DNA of 64,000 nucleotides from Clostridia bacterium. Lineage in GTDB: Bacteria > Bacillota > Clostridia > UBA1212 > DUPL01. The position numbers and the translations under genes are program-made. This document shows, piece by piece, positions 1 through 9,605 of the stretch (positions within the stretch are counted from its first letter, which is position 1; every line of letters begins with the position of its first letter). The stretch is from positions 256,001-320,000 of the forward strand of contig JBMNIW010000012.1 of assembly GCA_050951325.1 (NCBI GenBank), given 5' to 3'. The notes beneath the pieces were generated by a model. That model did not search any database and was not told the origin of the DNA. It saw only the letters and a list, made by a program, of their open reading frames with translations.

Positions 1-1560
1 GCGTATGCCAATTATCTGTTAAACAGGGTAAAGCGCTGCAAGAATGTGGATGAACTTAAGAATCACACTCTGGCAATAACAAAGGAATGCATGCTGTACA
101 CAAATTATGCAGTCAGGAAGATAGATCCGAAGATATATGAAACTCCATATATAGGTGCACACGCTATTGAAGTGCAGCTAAGGAGTAAAAAAGGAGAGCT
201 GGACAAGGTATTAAAGGATTTGGATCAATGCAAAACCGAACTGCAAAAGACAGAAGATCTAATATCCAAGTTGGAAGCTGTAAGTTTTGAAACTATAAAA
301 GAGAATTTTAATGCTCCTTCCATGCTTGCACTCCATGAGGAAAATCTCAAAAAAGAAAAAGCAGAGCTTGAAAAAGCAAAGAGCGATCCTTCATACATGG
401 AAATCCAGATGCAGATGAATGAAGCAGAAAAAGAAATAAATAGCCTAAAAGAAAAGGTAAACAATAGCATTAGTTTGATTAGTGATATTCAGTTTAATAT
501 TAGGGTTGCAAATCAAACCATTTTGGACACCAAACTAAAAATCAAAGCGCAGGAAGAAATCCTTGAGCGAATGTATGAAGAGGATGCAACATCTGCAAAT
601 GAAGGGCTTGCAAAATACAATGAGCAGAGAAAAACAAAAAGCAATGAAATAATTGTGCAAAACTTCTCGCCAATGAAAGTTGGTCTTGAAAATGCAAGGA
701 ATCGTTTTGTTAAAGAGTTGATGGAACTGCAGACGGAATACAAAAATGCTCATCAGATTGATCTTGGCATTGGAGTTGAGCAGATAAATGAATATATAAA
801 CGAGCATCACAAGCTGAGATCATCTGAAATAGTGAAATATGAGGAGGAACTTAGAGAGGCAAAAGAAAAGTGCGAGCTGGAATTTCGGGAAAACTTCCTT
901 GCCCGCCTGCGAGAGAATATTGAAAATGCAAGAATAGAATTCAAGAATCTCAACTATGCTCTTAAGGATATTTACTATGGAGAAGACAGCTATAGATTTG
1001 TTCTTGAACCGAGCAAGGAGAAGAAACATATATACGATATGATAATGTCTGATCACAATATTGCAGGACATAATCTGTTTTCTTTGAGTTTTGAGGAGCA
1101 ATACAAGGAAGAAATGGAAGACCTTTTTACAAAACTGATTGTATCCGATGACATGGGAGACAAAGTCGTTAAAGAGTATACGGATTACAGAAATTATCTG
1201 AATTATGACATAGAAGTGGTAAAGAAAGACGGAAGCAAGCAAAAGTTTTCAAAGATATATGGGGAGAAAAGTGGAGGCGAAACCCAGACCCCATATTACG
1301 TTGCAATTGCTGCATCCTTTGCCCAGCTGTACAATCATGGCGACACTACCCGGATCCTACTGTTTGATGAAGCTTTTGACAAGATGGATGACAATAGAAT
1401 AAGTTCAATGATGGACTTTTTAAACAGTCAGGACTTCCAGATAATATTGGCTACACCAACCAACAAGATGGATGTCATTGGGGAAAAGGTTAAGAGCATT
1501 CTGCTTGTTTACAGAGAAGGACACAACAGCATCATACAGGAGTTTGAAGAAAATGAGTAA
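1..1560 (+). CDS. jetC: Wadjet JetC (MksB/MukB-like SMC ATPase), C-terminal part; the 5' end lies outside the window
   Basis: Frame is open from base 1. Long coiled coil, then ABC signature KSGGETQTPYY and Walker B LLFDEAFDKMD. Overlaps the jetD start. Confidence 0.85.
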   Translation, partial: AYANYLLNRVKRCKNVDELKNHTLAITKECMLYTNYAVRKIDPKIYETPYIGAHAIEVQLRSKKGELDKVLKDLDQCKTELQKTEDLISKLEAVSFETIKENFNAPSMLALHEENLKKEKAELEKAKSDPSYMEIQMQMNEAEKEINSLKEKVNNSISLISDIQFNIRVANQTILDTKLKIKAQEEILERMYEEDATSANEGLAKYNEQRKTKSNEIIVQNFSPMKVGLENARNRFVKELMELQTEYKNAHQIDLGIGVEQINEYINEHHKLRSSEIVKYEEELREAKEKCELEFRENFLARLRENIENARIEFKNLNYALKDIYYGEDSYRFVLEPSKEKKHIYDMIMSDHNIAGHNLFSLSFEEQYKEEMEDLFTKLIVSDDMGDKVVKEYTDYRNYLNYDIEVVKKDGSKQKFSKIYGEKSGGETQTPYYVAIAASFAQLYNHGDTTRILLFDEAFDKMDDNRISSMMDFLNSQDFQIILATPTNKMDVIGEKVKSILLVYREGHNSIIQEFEENE

Positions 1561-2719
1561 TGAGAAGAAAATCCTGAATCATTTAATTGACAAGTATGAA
1601 AACAGCAAAAGCTTTACCAATACCAACAAGGTAAACCAGCGCTTTCGTGTCAAAATAACCCGGCTGTTTCCAAAATATGCGGATCAGTCTGACTATGAAA
1701 CCTTCAGCAGTATCAACGAAAGCATATCTTTTCTTGAAAGAAAAGGGTATGTCAAAGCAGAAATAAAGCGTGCTAATGTTTGTGAATCGGTCTGTCTGAA
1801 CACAGACATGCTTGATGAGGTTTATGAGTATTTGGGAAGGATACCAAAAAAGGATATAAATAATGAGCTTCTTTTGCTTCTTGAAAAGTACAAGAACAAG
1901 AATGAAGTGCTTGCAAATTTCTGTACCGAGCAAATCGAAAGAATCAAAGACAACAGGAATGTGCAGTTTTTCTCAAATGATATTGGGGAGTTTGAAAATG
2001 TCTTGAAAGCTGTATATGCCCTCTATATGGTGGAAAAGGAAACGTATTTAAGGGACTTTTCCATTCAGGTGTTCCGAGACTCAAAAACCTTTGAGCAAAT
2101 ATCTTCAAAAGTCACCAGTTTGCTTTTTGATTACGGGGATTTTCCAGAAAGGGAAAGTATTCTGGAGAGCTTGAATATTGTAAAGAACCCTACATATGTT
2201 AACTTCAAAGGACAAGGAGTTGTTACAATAAACGGGCAGACAATTGATTTTTCAAAGCTTGACGGAGATATTGCCATCTCCTCACCCCTCATAGATTCCA
2301 TAGAGGATGTGAAGGTAACCGGAAAAGGCGTAATGACTATTGAAAACTTAACAAGTTTCAATACCTTTGATGACAAGTCTTTCTTTGTCATCTATCTTGG
2401 AGGCTTTCACAACACTACAAGGCGCAACTTTATAAAACTGATACACAAAAACAATCCAGATACATCCTTCTATCACTTTGGAGATATAGACGCAGGCGGC
2501 TTTTATATCCTCTCCCATCTCAGGCGCATGACAAACATACTTTTCATACCGTATAAAATGGACAAGCACACGCTCATAAAATATGCGGAGTTTACAAAGA
2601 AGTTGACTCAAAACGATAAAGAGAGACTCAAAAGGATTAATGAGCCGGATTTTAAGGAGACAATAGAATACATGCTTGAAAACAATTGCAAACTTGAGCA
2701 GGAGGCAGTGAAAGATTAA
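1553..2719 (+). CDS. jetD: Wadjet JetD TOPRIM nuclease (DUF3322/DUF2220-like)
   Basis: TOPRIM motifs TIENLTSF, YLGGF, HFGDIDAGG and terminal KLEQEA. ATG at 1553 overlaps the end of jetC. Confidence 0.85.
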   Translation: MSNEKKILNHLIDKYENSKSFTNTNKVNQRFRVKITRLFPKYADQSDYETFSSINESISFLERKGYVKAEIKRANVCESVCLNTDMLDEVYEYLGRIPKKDINNELLLLLEKYKNKNEVLANFCTEQIERIKDNRNVQFFSNDIGEFENVLKAVYALYMVEKETYLRDFSIQVFRDSKTFEQISSKVTSLLFDYGDFPERESILESLNIVKNPTYVNFKGQGVVTINGQTIDFSKLDGDIAISSPLIDSIEDVKVTGKGVMTIENLTSFNTFDDKSFFVIYLGGFHNTTRRNFIKLIHKNNPDTSFYHFGDIDAGGFYILSHLRRMTNILFIPYKMDKHTLIKYAEFTKKLTQNDKERLKRINEPDFKETIEYMLENNCKLEQEAVKD

Positions 2720-2736
2720 CAGTTAATCTTTTTTTA
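2712..2736 (+). terminator. Intrinsic terminator after jetD
   Basis: AAGATTAAC-A-GTTAATCTT inverted repeat followed by a T-run. Confidence 0.55.
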
Positions 2737-2775
2737 CATATTTATATACTAAAACGGTTGAAAGAAGGTGTTAAT

Positions 2776-2970
2776 TTGTTTTTTACAGCCCTCATTCCCG
2801 TTTGCACGGTTCCTACCGCAACTCCCACTCCAACCAGTGGTGAGTCAAATGAGATGCTTGTTTTTGCAATATTGCTTGTAGTGTTTTTCCTCCTTGGCTT
2901 TGCGCTGGGATATGCATTCAAATACAAAACGGGTTGTAGAAAGAAGAGGAAATACAACTATATGACATAG
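2776..2970 (+). CDS. Small single-pass membrane protein with Pro/Thr-rich N-terminus
   Basis: RBS GAAGGTG then TTG. PTATPTPT linker, hydrophobic helix, basic tail. Confidence 0.55.
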   Translation: MFFTALIPVCTVPTATPTPTSGESNEMLVFAILLVVFFLLGFALGYAFKYKTGCRKKRKYNYMT

Positions 2971-2974
2971 ATTC

Positions 2975-2995
2975 AGTCCCGCTTAATGCGGGACT
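2975..2995. terminator. Hairpin, probable terminator
   Basis: AGTCCCGC-TTAAT-GCGGGACT. Confidence 0.55.
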
Positions 2996-3068
2996 TCATA
3001 TTGTCCAATCACGGGCATGATTTTCAATTCATATACTGTGGTGAGAGTATATTAAACAGGTGACGCAG

Positions 3069-3656
3069 ATGAGAAGAGCATTTTGCCTGTGCTTGGGATT
3101 CCTATGCATATTCATACTGGCAACACCAAAGGTTGTGGAGTTTAAAAACTATTATACCGGCGATGCAGCACAGCTCTATTCTCCACCACCAGGTTGTGTC
3201 CTTTACATAATACCGGATATCAGCAATACAGGCACCATAACAGAAAGAATTGGAGGAAGGAACGAAACCACCATCAGTATAGTTATAGGTGAAGATAATA
3301 AAATATCATGGAACAGCAACTTTCCTGTCCGGGCAATCATAGTCCAGAGTACAAAAGGGTACTATCTGTACGAATACAACCAGGCAACCCTGAACGGAGA
3401 GTTTGTTCCTTCTGACGTCGATGATCTGAAATATGTTGCCGTTGTGTACGGAGAACCCGAGAGCACTCTGGGTGAAACCCTGGCACCAACTGGAAGTACA
3501 CAAACGCCAGGCACATCGGTTGTTCCTTCGCCGACTGACGACATACCGATTACTGCAGATAGCAGAATTGGTTTTATTTACACAGGGGTTATTCTTTTGC
3601 TCGGTGCAACGATTTGCGCTGCGGTTCTAGGATTTGTGAAAAACAGGACGAAATAG
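3069..3656 (+). CDS. Secreted surface protein with sortase-like C-terminal anchor
   Basis: Signal peptide, Pro/Thr linker, IPITA-D motif, TM helix and KNRTK tail. Confidence 0.65.
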   Translation: MRRAFCLCLGFLCIFILATPKVVEFKNYYTGDAAQLYSPPPGCVLYIIPDISNTGTITERIGGRNETTISIVIGEDNKISWNSNFPVRAIIVQSTKGYYLYEYNQATLNGEFVPSDVDDLKYVAVVYGEPESTLGETLAPTGSTQTPGTSVVPSPTDDIPITADSRIGFIYTGVILLLGATICAAVLGFVKNRTK

Positions 3657-3764
3657 CACCTTCCTAACACAAGGAATTATGTATTTCTTGACATGCATGG
3701 ATGAATTGTGTTTAAATAAAGATGTCTAGCCTTACAAATTTAATTTTATTAGGGAGGAAATACT

Positions 3765-4394
3765 ATGGAAAAACAAGTACTGCTTCAAGCAGAAGAGCGT
3801 ACTGAATTGAAAACTAGAGCAAGCAAGAGATTGAGAAAAGAAGGTTTTGTGCCTGCGATCATATACGGAAAGAATATTGACTCAGTACCCATAAAGGTAA
3901 GGAGTGACGAACTTAGAAGAGTTGTTAAAGAGCATGGCAGAAACGCAATTATTACAATTCAACTTAATGGAGACAAGTCCTACAATGCAATTATCAAGAA
4001 TATCTTCTTCGAAAAAATGAAGAACGATCTTCAACATGTAGACTTTCAACATGTTTCCATGGACGAGGAAATCAAAGCCGTTGCCCCAATCAGAATAGTT
4101 GGAAGAGAAGCACTTGAATCAAGAAGACTTGTATTGATTAGACAAATTGATGAAGTTAAAATCGTAGGTCTTCCACAAGATATTCCAGAGCATGTGGAAA
4201 TTGATGTATCTGATATGGAAGCAGGAGATACTGTCACCATCGGGGATATAAAGTATCCGGATGGAATTACTCCTGACGAAGATACTGACGGTGTCGTTCT
4301 TACTGTCAGCGAACCTAAGGAAGAAGCTGAAAGCACAGACGATGAGGTCAAGGAACCCGAATTGGTTGACAAAGAAGATGGAGAAGATGAATAA
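3765..4394 (+). CDS. rplY: 50S ribosomal protein bL25 / general stress protein Ctc
   Basis: RLRKEGFVPAIIYG and HVDF motifs, Ctc C-terminal domain, acidic tail; strong RBS GGGAGG. Confidence 0.93.
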   Translation: MEKQVLLQAEERTELKTRASKRLRKEGFVPAIIYGKNIDSVPIKVRSDELRRVVKEHGRNAIITIQLNGDKSYNAIIKNIFFEKMKNDLQHVDFQHVSMDEEIKAVAPIRIVGREALESRRLVLIRQIDEVKIVGLPQDIPEHVEIDVSDMEAGDTVTIGDIKYPDGITPDEDTDGVVLTVSEPKEEAESTDDEVKEPELVDKEDGEDE

Positions 4395-5103
4395 CAAAAG
4401 GGATTTTCTTGCCGAAATCATTAAAGATAGCGATAATATTGTTTTCTTCGGAGGTGCTGGTGTTTCCACTAAAAGTGGAATACCAGACTTCAGAAGTGCC
4501 GATGGTTTGTTTTCTTCAAAATACAAATATCCACCTGAAGTAATGTTGTCGCATACCTTTTTCATGAATCATACAGAAGACTTTTACCACTTTTACAGAG
4601 AAAAAATGATTTATCGCGACGCCAGACCGAACAAAGCTCATATAAAGCTGGCAGAGCTTGAGCAGGAAGGAAAGCTGAAAGCTGTAGTTACGCAAAACAT
4701 AGACGGTCTTCACCAGCTGGCAGGAAGCAAAAACGTGCTTGAGCTGCACGGTTCCGTTCATAGGAATTACTGCATGAAATGTAGAAAGAGATACTCGCTT
4801 GATTATATTCTCGATACACAAGGCATTCCAAGATGCGAATGCAAGGGCATAATAAAGCCGGATGTGGTTCTTTATGAGGAAAGCCTTGATAATCATGTTT
4901 TGTTCAAATCAATCAGTTATATTAGCAACGCCGACGTACTTATTGTAGGCGGAACCTCTCTGAATGTATATCCTGCTGCCGGTTTGGTGGATTATTATAA
5001 TGGTGACAAACTCGTACTTATAAACAAATCAGAAACTCCAATGGATTATAAAGCAAACCTTATCATACACGACAGTATTGATGAAGTTTTAGGTGACATT
5101 TGA
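4387..5103 (+). CDS. cobB: NAD-dependent protein deacylase (sirtuin)
   Basis: GGAGVSTKSGIPDFR, TQNIDGLHQ, HGS, zinc-ribbon cysteines, GTSLNVYPA. Confidence 0.93.
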   Translation: MNNKRDFLAEIIKDSDNIVFFGGAGVSTKSGIPDFRSADGLFSSKYKYPPEVMLSHTFFMNHTEDFYHFYREKMIYRDARPNKAHIKLAELEQEGKLKAVVTQNIDGLHQLAGSKNVLELHGSVHRNYCMKCRKRYSLDYILDTQGIPRCECKGIIKPDVVLYEESLDNHVLFKSISYISNADVLIVGGTSLNVYPAAGLVDYYNGDKLVLINKSETPMDYKANLIIHDSIDEVLGDI

Positions 5104-5144
5104 CCTCCCGTTTGCTACAATGTAAAAAAACGGGAGGTATTATT

Positions 5145-6356
5145 ATGAAATACCCTATTTGTTTCTGGAACACCAACACTCTGGAAAACTGTGTGCCAAA
5201 TCTTGTTGAAACATGGCATGATTTAGGCATAACCGTTGCCATGTCCCCAAGCTACAAAAGAGACGACAAGTATAAAATGCTGAAAATTCTTGATGAGGCT
5301 CAGGACTTTGGCATCAAGGTTATTTTGTGCGACTATAGGACCCATTGGAAGGTCCTTACAAGCAATGGACAGGATGAGTACAGACTTCTTGCAGAAGAAG
5401 CTCATGCGGATTACGGTCATCACCCTGCCGTTTTTGGTTTTTTTATCGGAGACGAGCCTGAGGCACATCAGATTGATGACGCATTATGTGCAATGCGCAT
5501 TCACCAGGAAATTTCCCCGGATTTGACAGCGTATCTAAATCTTCTTCCCTGGTTTGACTGGATAGGCGAAAGGATGGGAACGGACGCACTGGCTCCATAT
5601 CTTGACAGAGTTAAGAATGAAGGCAATGCAAAACTTCTATCCTATGACTGCTACACCCAAATGTGGGAAGGCGAAAGAGGTTACGATGATTATTTCAACA
5701 ACTTGAGGGAGTACTACCTGGCAACAAAAAGACTCAATACCCCTTATTGGAACATAGTTCTTGCCACCGGCCATTATTACTATCGTTGCCCTTCAAAGAT
5801 TGATATGATGTGGCAGTTCAATACGTCAGTTGCTCATGGTGCTTCTGGTGTATCCTGGTTCTATATTCACCAGACGGACCTGTGGGATAATTACCGTAAT
5901 GCAGCAATAAATCCCCTTGGTGAAAGAACACAAACCTTTTATGATCTCTCAGAAGTAAATAGAATGTTCAACGCATACTGCGGATATGTAATTACAAAGC
6001 TCAAAATTGATAAATGCTTTCATGTGGAAAAGGCCTATGGCGGCAACGAGCTGTTCACACCTTTTGACAATGTATTGTCGGTATCTTCTGAGAACAAAAC
6101 CCCACTGATTTTCTCCAGCTTCAAGGATGAAGAGGGCAGAACCTACTATATTGTTTGCTGCAACTCTATTAAAAACAACACTCTAGCAACCATAAAAGTC
6201 AAAGATACTGTTAGACTGGAGAAATGTTTGATGGGAGGAAGGTTCGTACCGATTAGACCTCATACGGATCCAATAGGCCATAGGGAAGGACAGAGCGCTC
6301 ACTCAGTCAATATCTGGCTGGCACCAGGTCAGCTTGTTTTGTTAAGGGAGGCGTAA
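5145..6356 (+). CDS. Putative glycoside hydrolase-like TIM-barrel protein (clan GH-A-like), family unassigned
   Basis: HPAVFGFFIGDEP and LSYDCY motifs; RBS GGAGG before ATG 5145. Confidence 0.6.
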   Translation: MKYPICFWNTNTLENCVPNLVETWHDLGITVAMSPSYKRDDKYKMLKILDEAQDFGIKVILCDYRTHWKVLTSNGQDEYRLLAEEAHADYGHHPAVFGFFIGDEPEAHQIDDALCAMRIHQEISPDLTAYLNLLPWFDWIGERMGTDALAPYLDRVKNEGNAKLLSYDCYTQMWEGERGYDDYFNNLREYYLATKRLNTPYWNIVLATGHYYYRCPSKIDMMWQFNTSVAHGASGVSWFYIHQTDLWDNYRNAAINPLGERTQTFYDLSEVNRMFNAYCGYVITKLKIDKCFHVEKAYGGNELFTPFDNVLSVSSENKTPLIFSSFKDEEGRTYYIVCCNSIKNNTLATIKVKDTVRLEKCLMGGRFVPIRPHTDPIGHREGQSAHSVNIWLAPGQLVLLREA

Positions 6357-6359
6357 TTA

Positions 6360-6545
6360 ATGCCGGAGAAAATAAAAAAGTTACTCAAAAAAACACCAGT
6401 ATTGCCTGAGCGAGCCAGAGAAAAACTTGTTCATGGCAGATACATATATTATGGAAGTCAACAACGGAGGTTTTGATCAGTACTTATTAAATACTGATGG
6501 CAAATATGCCAGTGACACACTTTCCTTCCTTGAAAAGGTTGAACC
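6360..6545 (+). pseudogene. Truncated and frameshifted DMP19 (DUF4375)-family gene
   Basis: LSEPEKNLFMADTYIMEVNNGGFDQY motif. ATG 6360 is out of frame across an A7 run. Similarity ends at a hairpin (~6546-6570). Confidence 0.6.
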
Positions 6546-6569
6546 AATGGAGGCACTTTTTGCCTCCAT

Positions 6570-7289
6570 TCATTTATACCTTGACTCAATATCCTTCCAC
6601 TTCTTGTCCTCGAAAAACTGTTGGACCACCATTGGTATGGACAGATTATCTATGCAAACGTCCATAAAGTCTACTCCAATAGCTTGTCCTTCCGTTTTGA
6701 GCTTTTCCAGGGCAGTGCCTTCCAGAGATCTGTATGAGTTTATTATATCAGCCACACCCAGTCCTGCTTCCTGCATGCTCTCTCCCACTGCCCTTGCCAC
6801 ATAGCCGCTTAAATGCACCATTATGTTGCAGGTAAAGTATTTTTTCTTTTTTACAAAAACTTCAGACACAAACTTGTATGCGTCCTCTATTCTAAATGAG
6901 AACTTGCCAAATGCTCTTAATTGTACATGCTTTAAATTATTGTCCTTTATTGAAACTGCCTCCTTGTTGGACCAGGACTTGCTTGCAAAAGGTTTTTGAT
7001 TCAGTATATAGAGGTCTATATCTACAACCGATTTGAGCCCTTTGGTAAAACACTCTTTCAATTCAGGGAAAACATCCGGCAGAAGATAATATGTACCTGG
7101 TCTCAGTACAGAATATAATACATCATCCTTGACTATGAAAGCACTTTGATTTTTCCGGATACGAATTTTGGTTCCTTTCCTAATATATGTTCCGGGTTTG
7201 TTGTGCTTAAACAAGATAATGTTGTCTCCAATATTTCTATGCTCTATAGTATCTCCTATTAGTTTGTACACGGTCTTTCTAAAGTTCAA
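6570..7289 (-). CDS. SPFH/band-7-like domain protein
   Basis: IRKNQSAF..KD, PGTY and VQLRAFGKFSFRI pattern of the YdjI-type SPFH family. Confidence 0.65.
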   Translation of the reverse strand: MNFRKTVYKLIGDTIEHRNIGDNIILFKHNKPGTYIRKGTKIRIRKNQSAFIVKDDVLYSVLRPGTYYLLPDVFPELKECFTKGLKSVVDIDLYILNQKPFASKSWSNKEAVSIKDNNLKHVQLRAFGKFSFRIEDAYKFVSEVFVKKKKYFTCNIMVHLSGYVARAVGESMQEAGLGVADIINSYRSLEGTALEKLKTEGQAIGVDFMDVCIDNLSIPMVVQQFFEDKKWKDIESRYK

Positions 7290-7496
7290 GTTTCCGCCCT
7301 CCCCGAACCTTTTCTTTCATTATATATAATTCGTAAAATTTTTCAATATCTTGATAAAACGCTACAAAATCAATAAAATAATACAAAATTAAATAAATGT
7401 GATATAATACTTATTAAACATAACCTCTATGTACGAATGACATTTCTCAATATATTATTGTTTGATATATTTTTACTTAAGGAGTTAGTTTGAATT

Positions 7497-9581
7497 ATGG
7501 AGAATAAGAAGGGCCTCTTGATAATAACTACAATATCGATGCTGATACTGCTTACAGTCGCCATATTATTTCCCAGGAAACCTGCTGAAGCTGAAAACAT
7601 ACAATATATAAATGCCATGGAAAAAATATCGGACACCCAGTTGGGCAAGCTTTCTCCCACAGCCCAGGTGGACATGTCTGTTTTTTTGGATACAGCAATA
7701 CCCTATCTAACATTTGAACACGGAGAAGATGCAAGCAAGGTAGCTTTAAAACATGGATATGTAAAAAGTATTGGAAAAGAAGTATTAAGAAGGAACGATG
7801 CGCTGGACATTCTCTTCAAGATAACAGGAGTAAAACTTCCCAAAAATGCAGACTTGTTGGATATTGCCAAAAGACTTGAGATAATAACCGACAAGGACAA
7901 GTCGTTGCATGAAAACAACAAATTGTCTGCCAGCGAAGCCTGCTATCTTATAGTCAACACCAAAAAAGCATGGCATAACACACTTGAAAGCGACACAAGC
8001 AAGAAAGATATAGATGTATTAAATTTCTATTTCACTGCTTCTGATTTCATATTCTCCGAAGACGGCAGGATACTTTGGTACAATGACGAAGGCGGTGCAT
8101 TGAATGCATTAAACACTCAGGACGGTTCCTTTTCAGTTATAACCAAACCGGAGGATCCAGAACTGGAAACCTATCCGGAAGGCAACAATACGAAGATTGT
8201 AAACATATATGACAACAATGGCGTTTTAAGAGCAGTCCAGGTTGAAGAGTATCTTAAACCCGGCTACATTGTGGACAAATATATTCTCTACAGGGCTAAT
8301 GAAAATGATGAGTTTAGAAAAATTGTTGAGTTTGACCTGAGCACGAACAAACGATATGAGATTATCGGCTTCTCGGAAGACAACACTAAGCTTTTTGTTA
8401 AAACAAACTTTTATGACAACTACATAACCATCTATGAAATTGACCCCGGTTCGGAGTCAAGGCAGGTTGTGTATAAAAACAGGAATGCAGACATAGTGGA
8501 CAGCGTAATTGCACACAGCATAGGCTTTGTCTCCACCGACATATTTCACCCTGTGACAAAGAAACTTCTTTCAACCATATATATTGATGACAAGCCCCGT
8601 CTGGTAACCCTGGACGATGAATTTGAAAAGATAATGGCAAATGTAAGGGAAGATTTTGATACCAATACTTTTCCAGTAACGGTCTCGTTCGACCTTAACT
8701 ACATGGTGCTGATGCACAGAGACCACCGTGACCTTGGAACGTATTACCTTTACAACACAAAAACCAGGTCATCCAAGGTTTTGGCTTCTCCTCAAATAGA
8801 TGCCGAATCCCTGGGAATAACCCTTCCAATATCCTTCAAGGCATCAGACGGAGAGACAATTTATGGCTATCTGACTTTACCAAAGGGAAAGAAGCCTGAT
8901 AACCTTCCCTTGATGGTAAATGTGCACAGCGGTCCCTCATCAAGGTTTGGCTGGACACCTTCGGTGGAAACCATCTTGGCATCAGACGCAGGTTACGCAG
9001 TTCTGTCAGTAAACAGCAGGATATCCACCGGTTATGGAAATGAGTACATTGACTTTGCAGTAAAAGACCTTCTTTTGCCTCAGAAAGACATACGAGAGGC
9101 TGTGGACTGGGCAATAGAAACAGGAATTGCAGACAGTAAAAATATAAGCATAATGGGGCATTCCTACGGAGGATTCTCTGCCCTTTATCAGGCAGGAGTG
9201 TATCCCAGCATGTACAAGTCTGTAATTGCCATGATGGGTGTCTGGGATTGGACGGACTTAGGTAATGAGCTGGCCGAAGAAGAAGAACTTCCTGTTTGGT
9301 ACAAGAGATTTGCACCCGTTCCTGAATCCGAACTAGCCACCGTATTGTCACCGTCAACTTATGTAGACAGAATCAAGATGCCCATATTTATAGTATACTC
9401 AGGCAAGGATGAGGTTGTTTATCCATCCCAGAACATAAGGGCGATACTTGAACTTTCAGCAAACGGCAATACTCCTGAAAGCCTTTATCTTACTGAAGAA
9501 GGTCATTTTCCGGAGAATATAAGCAGTCGCAAGATGATAATAAGTCACTTGAGTGAGTTTTTGAATAAAAATATTAATTGA
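7497..9581 (+). CDS. Exported S9 family (prolyl oligopeptidase-like) peptidase with SLH-like N-terminal segment
   Basis: N-terminal TM/signal, GYLTLP, nucleophile GHSYGG, D (GKDEVV) and H (EEGH). Confidence 0.85.
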   Translation: MENKKGLLIITTISMLILLTVAILFPRKPAEAENIQYINAMEKISDTQLGKLSPTAQVDMSVFLDTAIPYLTFEHGEDASKVALKHGYVKSIGKEVLRRNDALDILFKITGVKLPKNADLLDIAKRLEIITDKDKSLHENNKLSASEACYLIVNTKKAWHNTLESDTSKKDIDVLNFYFTASDFIFSEDGRILWYNDEGGALNALNTQDGSFSVITKPEDPELETYPEGNNTKIVNIYDNNGVLRAVQVEEYLKPGYIVDKYILYRANENDEFRKIVEFDLSTNKRYEIIGFSEDNTKLFVKTNFYDNYITIYEIDPGSESRQVVYKNRNADIVDSVIAHSIGFVSTDIFHPVTKKLLSTIYIDDKPRLVTLDDEFEKIMANVREDFDTNTFPVTVSFDLNYMVLMHRDHRDLGTYYLYNTKTRSSKVLASPQIDAESLGITLPISFKASDGETIYGYLTLPKGKKPDNLPLMVNVHSGPSSRFGWTPSVETILASDAGYAVLSVNSRISTGYGNEYIDFAVKDLLLPQKDIREAVDWAIETGIADSKNISIMGHSYGGFSALYQAGVYPSMYKSVIAMMGVWDWTDLGNELAEEEELPVWYKRFAPVPESELATVLSPSTYVDRIKMPIFIVYSGKDEVVYPSQNIRAILELSANGNTPESLYLTEEGHFPENISSRKMIISHLSEFLNKNIN

Positions 9582-9605
9582 CGCAAGGGGTACGATAGTG
9601 TAGAA

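Noticed and set aside
4387-5103. Sirtuin as a Sir2 defence effector near Wadjet
   Set aside because: It is a canonical zinc-ribbon CobB-type deacylase coupled to rplY, with no defence partner gene.
6548-6556. TGGAGGCAC matching the tRNA-Cys 3' end as a distant att site
   Set aside because: Only 9 nt, which is expected by chance in 64 kb, and it is part of a local hairpin.
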